Below, one piece after another: positions 19,201 to 35,636 of a DNA stretch of 64,000 nt. The stretch covers positions 27,001 to 91,000 of the forward strand of contig NW_027437462.1 in assembly GCF_964204645.1 (NCBI RefSeq). The letters run 5' to 3'. The position numbers and the translations under genes are program-made. A model generated the notes under the pieces. The model searched no databases. It had not been told where the DNA came from and saw only the letters and a program-made list of their open reading frames with translations. How positions within the stretch are numbered: the stretch's first letter is position 1; each line of letters starts with the position of its first letter. The DNA comes from Tubulanus polymorphus (lineage: Eukaryota; Animalia; Nemertea).

Positions 19201-22200
19201 GGATGGATAAATAGAGAGATAATCAGTGCTGCTGGATGGATAAATAGAGAGATAATCAGTGAGGCTGGATGGATAAATAGAGAGATAATCAGTGAGGCTG
19301 GATGGATAAATAGAGAGATAATCAGTGCTGCTGGATGGATAAATAGAGAGATAATCAGTGAGGCTTGGATGGATAGATAGAGAGATAATCAGTGAGGCTG
19401 GATGGATAAATAGAGAGATAATCAGTGCTGCTGGATGGATAAATAGAGAGATAATCAGTGAGGCTGGATGGATAAATAGAGAGATAATCAGTGAGGCTTG
19501 GATGGATAAATAGAGAGATAATCAGTGAGGCTGGATGGATAAATAGAGAGATAATCAGTGAGGCTTGGATGGATTAATAGAGAGATAATTCAGATATTTT
19601 TTTACCGTCTCCAAGATTTAAATCTACTGCTCCTTCTCCTTGAACTTCTTCGATTTTTGCTTTAATCAAACTCAATCTTTCATTTCTCAATTCTTTCTCT
19701 TTTGTTTTACAATTCAAAGTCGCGCTTTCGATGTCTTTATCGATCGTAGTTTGAATCACCTGAAACCAAACGACAACAATGTAAACCGTTTGATCGCTAT
19801 AGCGATTGAGATTGAGCTCGACGTAAACTTACGTAATCGAACCATTGAACTAAAGCAGCACATCGTTTATATGTAACGATATAACATTGCCAGGCGTGTT
19901 TATGACGATCGATATTCTGTAAATCGATATAAATATTCTCCGTCGCTCGTTCTAAAGTTTTTATCTCATCCGGTTTACAATACGGGAACGGAATATTATT
20001 CAAATATCTCTGAGCCGCTGTTATATTCTGAGACGCAGCCATCAAATTATTACGAGTTTCCGTGGCAACTTGGTATCTCAATTGTTGATTTCTACAAATT
20101 GAAATGAACATACTATATGAGATCGTAACGAGGGGTGATCGTAACCACGACGACAGCTGGTTGTATTGTTACGTACGTTTGAGGAGTTTGAAGTACATCT
20201 GCCCAGCGTTTAGTGGCAAACGCCAATTGATTGACAGCGTGAGCCAATAAGACACGCCCATTCGTCCATTTATATTTCGCTATAGCGATTCTTTGCTTTT
20301 TGTCTAACAATAAATCTAATTCAGATTCGAGTTTATTTTCTAATTGACTTCCGTAATTTCCATCAAATATTCCAGCTGTAAAATAAAGGGTGAAACTGAG
20401 GAGACTGATTTTGAGAGGATGTGATCTGAAATTAGGAATTGCTTTACCTAAAAGTTCATCTTGTTCCTGATAGATTTTATACAAATTTTCAGCTTCTGAT
20501 TTCAAACTTTCGACTTCTTTCACAAGTTTCTCATGTTGTTCTCGAACTCCGTGTAATTCTTTTTCCGCAATTTCTTGTTTATTCAACGCTTCCAAATATT
20601 CCTCCTATAAATTACAGTAACCCGTGACAACAGTAACCGATGACAACAGTAACGAGGGCGATGGAGAGAATATTTACCTGTTCTTTAGACATTTGAGTAT
20701 CAAATGATTCTTGTGTGTGGAAATAAGCTCGGACTGAAGGGTTCTGTAACTTCTCTACATCAGATCTTTCCTTCTCCCTAAAACACATACATTTACTTAT
20801 ACTGAATCAGACACTGGCACGCGAGCGAACTGAATCAGACACTGGCACGCGAGCGAACTGAATCAGACACTGGCACGCGAGCGAACTGAATCAGACACTG
20901 GCACGCGAGCGAACTGAATCAGACACTGGCACGCGAGCGAACTGAATCAGACACTGGCACGCGAGCGAACTGAATCAGACACTGGCACGCGAGCGAACTG
21001 AATCAGACACTGGCACGCGAGCGAACTGAATCATACACTGACACGCGAGCGAACTGAATCAGACACTGGCACGCGAGCGAACTGAATCAGACACTGGCAT
21101 GCGAGTGATTTACTTACGTTTGTGTTAAACATTGTTGATGATGCTGTTCTAACTGTTTTAATGTCTGTTCCACATCTTTTGCCGTATCTTGTTTCAGTTT
21201 CAAATTTCTAACGATATTTTGTGATTCGTACATCAATAATTTCTTCTCTAATTCGATATATCGTTTTAAAGTATCGATATTTAAATCCACAGGTTTATAC
21301 TGCAACAGATAAGATATCAGTGATAATTCTAAGATACAATTTGAAAGGATTCTGAGTGGAATCATTCAGTAGTGGAATCAGTGGGAGTGGAATCATTCAG
21401 GAGTGGAATCAGTGGGAGTGGAATCATTCAGTAGTGGAATCAGTGGGAGTGGAATCATTCAGTAGTGGAATCAGTGGGAGTGGAATTATACCTGTATATC
21501 TGTCTTTTCTTCTTGTTTCTGTAAAATTTTAAGCAAACGCAAAAATCGGTTAAAATTCAGTTAAATTGCGTCGAGCAAAAAGCAACATAAAAATACAATT
21601 GGTGTTAGAACAGAGGAATCTGTGGCAAGTGAGGATGAGGAGTCTGTGGCAAGTGAGGACAACACTTTCTTATTTACTACATTCTATAATCACCGATGAT
21701 CGATCTTGCTGCCATGGCGATGATTGTTGATTAACTGTTAGAGTATTGAACAAGTTTTCATTGTTGATGGTCGTCATGGAATCATGAATATCTTTATAAT
21801 CTGAAGCGGTAGATGAAGGTCGAGGGGTGGAAGGTATATATGAAGGTTGGGGGGTGGCAGGTAGTTGGTCAATGGATTCTTCTTCAGTGTCTCGATGCTG
21901 ATTGGTTGAATTGTCTTGTAACAATTGACAATCACCGGTTGTTTGTAATCTCCTATAGATGGCGATATCTTCATCAACAGTTGCCGTGGTGATCATGGCG
22001 TGGCTGACTATTGGTTTATGTTGCCGTAGTAACGCATTCCTCACAAACATTCGACATAGATTCAGATTTTCATCCCTGTTTCCATCGCTTTGATTCGTAT
22101 CTCTACCACCAGTTGGAGTATGATATAGTGAACTGTGAGCGGATGTTATACTAATTCGAGGAATATCGCAGTGCTGCCCTCTATTAGCGACCCCGGTATC

Positions 22201-22802
22201 AACTAATCTATTAAGCGGGGACTGTAAAATTTTGGAAATAAAGATAAAAAGATTTAAATGCGTTAGAGACAGAATTTGAATGTTACAATATTTACCCGCA
22301 CAGCTTCTGGATCTGCACCCCCAGTATCTGATTCATCATTGGCCACTAGAGGGGGCTGCTGAAATATCATACAAATATATTCACATACAAGAATTCAAGG
22401 GGTGTTGGGGGAAGTTTGGAGGGGGAGTTGGGGGTGTTTAGAGGGGGGAGGGTTAGGGTTAGGGTTATACGGAGTGCTTACCTTCTCAGGTGTAGTCGGT
22501 ATATTATGTTGTTGTGATGTTGAATTATTCTGTTGTTGAGGAGGAACGTTCGCTATCGGACGATCAAACTGCTGCTGCTGCTGAGGAGGAGGAGGCACCT
22601 GTTGTTGATGATGAGGAGGAGGCACCTGCTGTTGATGAGGAGGCACCTGCTGTTGTTGCTGATGATAAAATTGCTGCTGCTGCTGCTGCTGGTGATGCTG
22701 ATGTTGATAATGCTGTTGTTGTGGATATTGTTTATGTCCCACGTGTCCTTGAGCTCTAACAGATACTGGTGATCCTGCTGAAGTGCTTACACCACAACCC
22801 AT
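16263..22802 (-). CDS. Uncharacterised coiled-coil protein with predicted N-myristoylation/palmitoylation (MGCGVS), a Q/P-rich N-terminus and a conserved-looking core
   Basis: Multi-exon GT-AG structure. Core exons encode LKRYIELEKKL, GIFDGNYGSQLENKLESELD, KYKWTNGRVLLAHAVNQL, AAQRYLNNIPFPYCKPDEIKTL, CAALVQWFD, LAPAPTQEDLF and last exon GDISALQAQHEQQMEDFQRAQEMNKLRMDQGLQEKLRARR...DQ* (TGA 16263-16265). Confidence 0.8.
16695..17025. repeat. Intronic minisatellite, 32-nt unit with the palindrome GTGACAG-CTA-CTGTCAC
   Basis: About 10 copies visible. Confidence 0.92.
17193..19575. repeat. Intronic minisatellite, 33/34-nt unit (ATAATCAGTGAGGCTGGATGGATAAATAGAGAG)
   Basis: About 70 copies, directly visible. 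Confidence 0.95.
20801..21105. repeat. Intronic minisatellite, 28-nt unit (ACTGAATCAGACACTGGCACGCGAGCGA)
   Basis: About 11 near-identical copies. Confidence 0.95.
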
Positions 22803-23299
22803 GATGCTGACCCTGGCCTCTGTCCCCTGCAGTTGCTGGCTGGTGCTGTATGTAAAAGTGTTGTTGTAAACCTCTCTCTCTCTCTCTCTCTAAGATAGCA
22901 GAATTGAGATGAGACCGTGTAGGCGTAGGCCACTTTTAAATCCAGTTCAACCTCGGAATAAACTTAAGGCCACAATTAGAGTTTCTGGTGAATGGATAAC
23001 AATCAAATTTAATACCTCGTTTTGAAGTTTAAGCCTCAAAAACTGATATCACAAGTCGCCATGTTATCAAAATATTTATATAAATGACGTAGTCATGGCA
23101 ACCACGTCAATATCTAGGACGTATTTTGATAAATTTTATTGAAATTTTGTTTCCATCGATCGATTTCATTATAAGGTATCCCTTTTTCAAAAGGTAGAAA
23201 AAACATTTATTATGAATTAGTATGTGAAAATTTACCAATAAAGTTAATTTACGATTTATCTCTGGTGCTTAGGATTTAACCACTCACCGGGTTTTGTTT

Positions 23300-23660
23300 C
23301 CTTGCATCTAACCCTACAGGTGCTGCCATCTATCGACAATAACCCTAACCCTAATATCAGTGCTGCCATCTATCGGCAATAACCCTAACCCTAATTCTCC
23401 GTAACCCTAACTTGAATCGACGCATGCGCAGATCGGAGGGCGTAGATCCGCCATATTGGATTTCCGTGGATTAGAATTTCGCAAAAAATAAACAGTATCG
23501 GTGTTAATCGAAGCCATCATACATCGAATCAGCATCGAAATATAACCGAAAATATTTCACGAGTTCAAAATTTATTAAAATTTCTACCGTTTCCGTCCTC
23601 GATCTCAGTTTATCACCGGAAATCTAAACACTTCCGGGTTAGCTGTCAAATAAACAAAAC
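23300..23660 (+). promoter_or_regulatory. Housekeeping-type promoter of Rab11 (divergent from the gene starting at 22802)
   Basis: NRF1-like CGCATGCGCA 23421-23430, YY1-like CCGCCATATT 23448-23457, ETS-like CACTTCCGG 23629-23637 and TAACCCTAACCCTAA boxes at 23340-23410. Motif matches only. Confidence 0.5.
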
Positions 23661-23666
23661 GTCAAA

Positions 23667-27551
<3,885 letters not shown>

Positions 27552-28582
27552 TGGATATCGTCGTCGTGGCAACAACTTTAAACATTCAACAAAATAATTA
27601 ACTACCGCGCGTTACCATGATTACAATTATTGGATCAATTCTACAATAATGTGTATTAATCTAGAATCATTATACGGTTGCCATAGAAATGGCTTATTTA
27701 CTGTGTAACAATGCTTGCCGAATTATTGCACAAACACTTTTAACCCTGTAATTATGAAAACTTATCCAGAATTAATTATTTCGCTAATTCTCATTTTCGC
27801 TAGAATTAATGATAATCTTTGTATAATTTTCCTGCACATTTTTCATCATGGAATTTTTGTCTTGTTTATTTTTAATTGGTTTATTATTGATTCATGTTAC
27901 TATTGGGGATGTATATAAGTATGTATTAGTGGCGAGTAAGAATTGGATGAAGAGTTTTATAAAGAATGGATAATGATGAATCTAAGATGGCTGCTATACG
28001 ACCCTCAACTGTTAATATGTACTTCTTACAGTGTGGCTTATTGAATTGATTAGTACGGACGGTGGCGCCCCCTATTGACCTCCGGGCTCCCCGCGTCCCG
28101 CTCCTCTCTATAATTTAGTGTAAGTCTGTGTATATTGTGAATGTATGTATGCTGAAATATAAACTATATCAAATATAAACGGTTTTGTTCATTGTATTTA
28201 AATCTGCTGTTGCTGGTGGCGACATCGCTAAGGAGGGACAACTACAGGGGCCGTGTGAGGATGAATGCCACGTAAAAGCCTAGTATGAAATAATGTTTGT
28301 TTGGCTTCTGATTATTTGATCAATATTTTGTATCACTTCACTAATGCCGTGACAAAATTGTGAAAAGAAAGCGCAGATTAGGGCCTTGAAAATTTGTTTC
28401 CAAAAACTGACACTTAGCACTTGCTGCAAACCATGATAGAATACAAGGAACTTACTTTATAAATAGTAAGTTACAACTACTACTACAACGTTTCAGAGTG
28501 ATGTTTTCACTTTAGCGTGCGAAGTGACTCGTGTTCCTAACGCAGTATGCAGCACGGCTTGAAGAATATCATCAGGCCGCGT

Positions 28583-28695
28583 AGTCAGTAACCTGTCTGT
28601 GGTTTAGTTTAACGATCGGATATTTTCACATACCACATTGGTATAAGCCCATCCGATAATAAAAAGCTTACCACTAACGATTAGGTAACTAACTA
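28583..28695 (+). mobile_element. Dispersed repeat fragment (SINE/LINE 3'-end-like, TAAC tail); inverted copy at about 44662-44803
   Basis: GTCAGTAACCTG.CTGTGGTTTAGTTT...TTGGTATAAGCCCATCCGAT.ATAAAAAGCTTACCAC.AACGATTAGGTAACTAACTA is the reverse complement of the sequence in WDR49 intron 1. Confidence 0.65.
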
Positions 28696-30159
28696 GTACG
28701 GGCGGCCTAGTGTCCGACGAGTGACCGAGGCGGAGAGAAAGTGGTGGAAGCTGACTAACAGGTTATTGACACTGGAGGTCCCTGCTGTATCTGTGAGGGC
28801 ACAAAATCTCATGAATTCTTATCTTTTTAACCAATATCAGAATTCGTACATTGAGAATCATTGCGGCTTTTAAGTCTTTATCAATTGAGAGACTTAGTTT
28901 CACTGTAAATAAAGAATTAGCGATTGAATTGAGCGCGCTCCACCGTGCGCAATTTCCATATCGACCGTCAAGTTTTGCCCCTATGTATAACGATAGCGGG
29001 GAAAACGTGAACTAATATGATACTCGCTTGCCAGAGTCTTTAAACGTTAGTAATGGACGAACTAATTACCGATTTGCGGGCCGGATTCCTAAGAAAATTC
29101 TCAAAATCTTTAGCTGCCCTGAAACAATTGAACCAAAAAATTTTTCTATAAAAGAATTAACCTTAAAAGAGTAAATTTGAATCGGGATATTTCTAATATC
29201 GTCTGGCAGAGAGCGACAGGTGTTTGTATGTTCTCCGCTTATTTGCACGCAACTAAAATAATATCGAAGGAAGATATGGAGATTTTGATTATTCACATGA
29301 TAAATGATCATTCAAAAATGTAAATGAATAATTTATTCTGTATATAAATACTAATTAATTGATGTGAAGTGAATTTTAGCTAAAAAAATTGAATATCGTT
29401 ACCTAAAAAATAAGGAAATATCATTCAAAAATTATAACATATTCATGGTATCATATTTAATCAGAATTAGGCGACACAGTTGTCCGTATTGTACGTAATA
29501 ATGAGATGTATATTCCAGCGGTAAATATGCGCCGCTATTTTAGTTCGCAGAAATTCCGCTATCGTTATTCATAGGGGCAGCACTGTACGGTTGAGATTTA
29601 GCTTAACCTCACTATCATACTATGGCATGCGAGCAATATGGATATTTTCTTAGCCGGATTTCGTTCATAATTTAACTCGATTTAATTGTGTATAAATAGT
29701 ACTATCACATTTTAAGCTTTATCTAAGAGGATCTCATTTTTAAAACGATTTATAAGCCATTTTTGATGGAACTCGTTTGTTAGCGGAATGTATTAGCATC
29801 CGGTAAAGCGGCCGACTCACTTGCCACAGGGAGAATTTGAGGCAAATTAAATTTTATTCTCCAAAGTTGTGCATTCAACCAACGCTACCATTAACGTTGC
29901 AGCACATGAACCATTAAACTTCCTATTTAGGTCGGCCCTTCTTGGTCAGGGTTAAAATCAAATTCTCCCTTATGAAACCAACTACAAATTTGGGCCAAAA
30001 ACTGGAAAAACTTCAGTTGAACCTCGTTAATACGACAAATCTGTGTAAAGACGAAACCAGAAAAAAAAATTCAGTAACAACCACCACAAAATTAGTGAAT
30101 AATTTATAGATAGATTTATTCATTTCAGTGAAAAATGTATCATGCATCAGAGTTAAATA

Positions 30160-30561
30160 TCAAACTAAAGTCTTGCATAAAGCGAACATGTGATCAACTC
30201 CGCAATGAACTGACTGAACTAACCCAGGAATCGAAACCTGAAATCAGATTTACAATATCAGACATCAGATTTACAATATCAGACATCAGATTTATGACGC
30301 ATCAGTTTCACACATGTTTCTGGTGCGTTATGTTATTACAGTACAGTAGAGTCTGTTCCTAACTCAACAACTCTGAACCGTCGTGGAGAAATAAACTTGA
30401 AATTAAATTTCTTTCCAAAATATGGAGTGAGTGATGTTTTAGGAGTGTTTTAAATCTAGAGAAATCGAGACTTACCTTAAACGGAAAGAATTCATCGTCC
30501 ATGTTTCCTAAACCTAAGGAGCCATGTTTATTTCTACCCCACACGTACAGATCATTGTTAT
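30160..30561 (-). CDS. RCC1L: Last two exons of RCC1-like protein (WBSCR16): 30561-30476 and 30237-30160; upstream exons not found
   Basis: Splices to DNNDLYVWGRNKHGSLGLGNMDDEFFPFK|VSIPGLVQSVHCGVDHMFALCKTLV*, matching the RCC1L C-terminus (WGxN..G.LG.G...D..FP..V...G....V.CGVDH). Minus-strand AATAAA at about 30115. Confidence 0.75.
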
Positions 30562-31084
30562 CTACAATATAATAACACTGTAAACAATGTAACATCATTC
30601 TAGACACTAAGCTAGGGATTGATAGAGAGAGGGAGCAGGGTTTATGTATAGAGGGGACCAGGGAGTTTCACAGAGTAAGTAGGCTTAAGAATAGAGATAG
30701 TGTGTCTCAGAAATCCCTATCCCTATGAACTAGCATGTCTCCAGCCTCGATTGCCTACGTACCTATTGATAACTATTAAAATGAGACATTAATTGCTAGC
30801 ATTTCTTCCATTAGTCACGGCTCTACTTGGTCCATCCTGGTTCATCTTGGTTTATCTGGGTTCGTCCTGGTTCATCTTGCACCATCTGCTCCACTGCATC
30901 AATGTCTGTATAATGTTCAAATCAATTATGGTAAAGGGGGAATCTGTGACCACCATAACATCCATCAATAGTTCCACCATATTGATGACAAACATCCTAA
31001 AAATATACATTAACTTTATAAATGTGAGTTAGAGTTAGAGTTAAGTCTAGTTACCGGTGTATCAGAGAAATGGCAATCTAAGGT

Positions 31085-31875
31085 ACCCCCCAAAATGAGG
31101 GTTAGGGGTCAAATATTTACTGTCTCCAATTTCGATGAAATTTAGTATAGACATGTATTCTGGGGTACTGATCACAAATCTGAAAGAATTTTTAGGATCC
31201 GAGGCCCCAAAAATGAGAAATTCGAATTCTTAGGGGCATCCCCTAAATTTTCAAAAGGCCCTGGACCCAAGAGTTTTCGAGATATCCGAAATCTGATAGC
31301 AGATCTGGAATCAGCACCCCTGAAAATAGTAAGGACTAAAATTTTAAGCAAATCGAAGAGATTCGATTTTTTGGCCAAAAACGGCAAAAATCTAAGGTGT
31401 TAGTCCAGGAGTTTTTTTTGGGCAAAAAATTTTTTTTCCCCGATTCCTTCGAAACTTGGTAGGAAGATGTATTCCGAGGTGTTGATTCCGGATCCGCAAT
31501 CAGATTTTGAATCGGAATTCATCTTCATGGGCAAATAAGGGTTTTAATGCCCAAAACATGCACCCCAAAAATGGGGTACAAAGTCAAAATTTTTTTTTTG
31601 CCCAATCTTAATAAAATTTACTAGAGACATGTTTTTTGGGGTGCTGATCACGAAAATGAAGTTAGTTTTTGGATCCGAGGCCCAAAAAATGAGAAATTCG
31701 AATTTTTTGGAGGGACCCCCTAAATTTCCAAAAAGCCTTGGACCCCAGATCTTTCGAGATATTCAAAATCTGATTGCAGATTTGTAATCAGCACCCCTGA
31801 AAATAGAAAGGACTAAAATTTTAAGCAAATCGAAGAGATTCGAATTTTTGGCCAAAAATTGCAAAAATTTAAGAA
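31085..31875. mobile_element. Non-autonomous DNA-transposon-like sequence with an internal direct duplication of about 480-bp period
   Basis: About 31100-31395 repeats at about 31575-31872 (GATCCGAGGCCC.AAAAATGAGAAATTCGAATT...AATCAGCACCCCTGAAAATAG.AAGGACTAAAATTTTAAGCAAATCGAAGAGATTCGA). No transposase ORF. Confidence 0.55.
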
Positions 31876-33255
31876 AGAAAGTTTTTGGATTGAAGTGCCA
31901 AACAAGAGAAATCCAGGATCTTATGTTTTTAGCCCCTTCAAATTGACCTGTAGATGTTTTTTTACAGCTGATATCAAATATTAGATCAATTTCAGATAGA
32001 AATTGATCAATTAACTAAAACCCATCAATTTTAGTAACTATCACGTGGTTTCAGACATCTACAAACATCTCTTTTCTCAAGAAGAAATTCAGTTATAACC
32101 ACGCACACAATTACTCAATGTATTAATGCTCGTATCTGTATCAAATACAATCAATGAAGCTAATAATTCCTAGTCACATTTTGTAAATTAAATTAATATT
32201 CAATTGTTGATGATCTTATTGATTTGTGTTTAAAGTCATAATTCAGTCAGAAGAATTCGAGTCTAGCTCAGTCTCAGTTAGTGCACTATCGCAGTAAATT
32301 TACCAGAATTAACTTTGTTTATAATTACAGGGGTTTTCAAAGATGTCACCAGTTGGAATTAAACTGTCTTGTTGTATTTGAAGTTATAAATGTGGGTATG
32401 TACAAGAAATAAGATTTTTTATTGTTTTCACTTTGGCCTTTAACTATTTTTTTCAATTTATCAGACAAATTAATTATTTGAGTCAATCAATTAATAAGTT
32501 GTCCGCACTCTTCTGACCCGCCACAAAACACTCAATGCTGTACAGTTTCTTGTGCCGTGGTCACGACTAGTATTTGTGATTGAATTGAATTGGTCACTTC
32601 AATACGTAATTTTGGATTTGGATTAATTAGGCGAAAATATTCACTGCAATCGATCTATTTACTCAATTTCTCATTATAATCGTTCATATTTCTTCTTTAA
32701 AACATCTAAATCGCTCCGAAATCAGCATTTATAACGAATAAATTCGGTAAAAACGGCAGAAATAAAACCGCGGAAGTCCACATAATCTACGAGTCGCGCG
32801 TCTAGAAACCTCGCATACCTAGGCTAGGCAGACCGTATTGTGCTGCTCTCAATGACTGCGGAGATTGGGTGAACTAATTACCAAACGACATACAAATTAG
32901 CTTGATCTGAGTCTATTATTCTTTTAGTTTATTTTAAATCCCATTACACATGAAATAAAAACAATATAGAGATGTTCAACAAATTTCACTCCGATACTAC
33001 ACTGTACGGTACGGTGCTGCCACTAATTTTGAGTTGGCGGCGACCTCGCGTACCTGTGTCACCTAACTGCTGTTTCACCGTACGGTGCTGCCACTAACTA
33101 CATCGACGGTTAACATAAACACTATCAGCTTTTCGAGACTAACTGCAGGCCGCGAGGAATAATACATGCCATTTAGAGCATTTCCTGAAAGATAACGATA
33201 GATGGCGCGGCTGTCTATATCGGATGATCTGTGCGTACGCCGTAGTTGTTACCTG

Positions 33256-34242
33256 ATGAATCCGTTTAAAACTGAGGTAAGTTGCATACAGTGTGGTAAT
33301 CCAGTGTAAGGGGGCAATCCAGTGTTAGGTGGTCAAGTGTCAGGAGGCGCCTCCTCATCTGTGCAGACACTACTACAGACAGTGTCATTCGCTGACTGAC
33401 AGACAGTAGTGAGTGGAGTCCATGCACCTCTCTCTCGACTCGAGTCTATAGATTGGAACTGGAAGATGATGTCGTCGGTCAATCAGTTTTTGACTCAGGC
33501 TGTTGTTGATTCAAACTGATATTTTTTCTCCTGTGTTTTCAGGTTTTATCGATATTTAAACGGTTGCACAGAACGCGATTGTTGACATTCAGAGGAGACG
33601 AACAAGCTTTAATCGGTAAATAGTAGAACCTGCTGCCACGCCTTCATGCTGGCAAAGGAAAGTTTTTTACATAAATTGTGAAATTTTAATTTTTTTGAAG
33701 CCGGAAGAAAAAAAATCAACGACGAATTTAAAAAGTTTAAAGAAACGAAAGAATTGGAAACAATTAAATACGTAAGTATTACCCTTTATTATGTGGCGCC
33801 CCCTACTGGATCTCCTGACCGTCGTATATCGTTATGTAGCTAGCGCCCCCTGGTGTGTCCCGGGTGACTAACTGTAACATAGATTTCACCACTTCCTGTA
33901 TTATAGTTATTGAAATCAGCGGAAGAAGCCGAGGAATATTTGAGGACGTCTGTGATTCAAGCTACTCAATCTAATCCCGGTGTATTCTGTAAGTATTCTC
34001 AATCTAATCCTGGTTTATTCCTAACCTAATCCTGGTCTATTAATCTAATCGAGGTTTTAAATTGATTTTCTTGTATTTTTAATTGTTGTATATTTTTAGC
34101 CGCTGAAATAACTGAAAATACAAAGTTATTAGACAACACACCTTATAAATACTCCCCCGAGGAGACAATGCGCAGGACTGAAAAACAGATACAACGACGA
34201 CGTACCAATAATAGAGACTGCGGTTGCCAGGAGAAACAGTAA
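33256..34242 (+). CDS. LYRM7: Complex III assembly factor LYRM7 (MZM1L); exons 33256-33276, 33543-33615, 33701-33771, 33907-33988, 34100-34242
   Basis: Not in the ORF track. Splices to MNPFKTE|[24 protein letters not shown]|[24 protein letters not shown]|[27 protein letters not shown]|[17 protein letters not shown]...EKQ*, with LYRM7-type motifs (FK.LHRTR...F..D..AL...R.KIN.EF; LRTSVIQ). Confidence 0.88.
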
Positions 34243-34244
34243 CT

Positions 34245-35079
34245 ATGTCTATATTTACACCGACCAATCAGAAACGGCTGACGAATGTTTCGGTCGTTCG
34301 AATGAAGAAAGCGGGAAAAAGGTTTGAAATCGCTTGTTACCCGAATAAAGTGAAACCATGGAGAAATAAAATAGAGACGGATATCGACGAAGTCTTACAA
34401 ACACATAACGTATTCATCAATGTATCTAAAGGTCAAATAGCGAAGAGCGATGAATTAAAGAAAGCTTTCGGAACAGATAAACACAGCGATATCTGTATGG
34501 AGATATTGAGTAAAGGTGAGATGCAAGTTACTGAGAAAGAACGTCACGCGCAATTAGAAGAGTCGTTTAGAGATATCGCAACAATCGTAGCCGATAAATG
34601 TGTGAACCCGGATACGAAACGTCCGTACACGGTAACGATGATCGAGAAATCAATGAGAGACGTTCATTACTCGGTAAAACCGACGAAATCCACCAAACAA
34701 CAAGCTTTAGACGTGATCCGTAAACTGAGAGAAACCGATACTATAAATGTAGCACGAGCTCAGATGAGGGTTAAAGTTACTGCTCCCCGAAGGGAGGCTG
34801 GAAAAATACGTCCTAAACTGAGAAAACTTGCATCAAAAGTAGAAGAGGAACAGTTCGAAGATGAATTAGAAATGGTAATTACTCGTAACTACTACTACTG
34901 CCACCTGTTGTCGATTTTAGGTAATTAATACTGCCCTCTATTGTTAATTTCAGGTAATACTCGTCGACCCTGGTTGCTATAGAGAAATCGATAGTTTACT
35001 ACAATCAGAAACGAAAGGTAAAGGTTCATTAGAAATATTGAGTTTAAAAGACGTCGAAGAAGGTGATGAGAAACTATAA
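34245..35079 (+). CDS. SBDS: Ribosome maturation protein SBDS; exons 34245-34874 and 34954-35079
   Basis: [36 protein letters not shown]...[19 protein letters not shown]...[16 protein letters not shown]...[11 protein letters not shown]...[11 protein letters not shown]...[28 protein letters not shown] at about 35165. Confidence 0.97.
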
Positions 35080-35636
35080 ACGAACACCAGATGGCGCTGT
35101 TTGAATGATTGTTTTTGTAGTCAGGTCTTTAAAACCTAGTTTTGCTAATCCTGCGTTCAAATTAAATAAAGCTTTTTCTACAGTTGATATTTTTAAGTCT
35201 TTGTTTCATTTATTTCTGTGGAAGGAATTTGAGGAATTTTAATCATTGAGGAAATTTAACAACATGAATTAAAGACGAATCCCTCGACCTCCTTAAATAA
35301 TCGCTCTATTTTGTCAAATTGTCAATGTATTGAATTTAGTCCGTTGGCGCAGTCCGATCCGGAACGAACATACTGCGGTAGCCGTATCACTATTAGATCC
35401 TAGCGCTAGTTTATGTAGTGCATATACAAAGATGAATTACATTTTAAAAACACTTATGATTCACTAATGAGATGTGATTTACCTCGTAAAATACAAACCT
35501 CAATAAATTTGTAGAATTTTAAGATTCTTTATGGAGCTGAAATATTTTGAATCGACGATGAGAGAATTGAAAGTAGTTCTAGGCGCTGGATGATGACATT
35601 GACAGTTCTGTCAAAATATTTTACTAGATTGAAATA

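Noticed and set aside
17149-19380. Multiple ORFs (IISLFIHPASL / WINREIISEAG)
   Set aside because: Frames of a 33/34-nt tandem repeat, broken by 1-nt indels.
16695-21105. CRISPR-like appearance of 28-33-nt palindromic repeats
   Set aside because: The units are head-to-tail with no unique spacers, there are no cas genes, and the context is eukaryotic introns.
33140-33260. Minus-strand splice pair (donor about 33252, acceptor about 33185) as the 5' end of RCC1L
   Set aside because: The downstream frames are short and show no RCC1L similarity; it may be chance.
34224-34244. ORF-track N-terminal extension of SBDS (MPGETVT)
   Set aside because: It starts at TTG; the conserved SBDS start is MSIFTP at 34245, and this sequence is LYRM7 coding in another frame.
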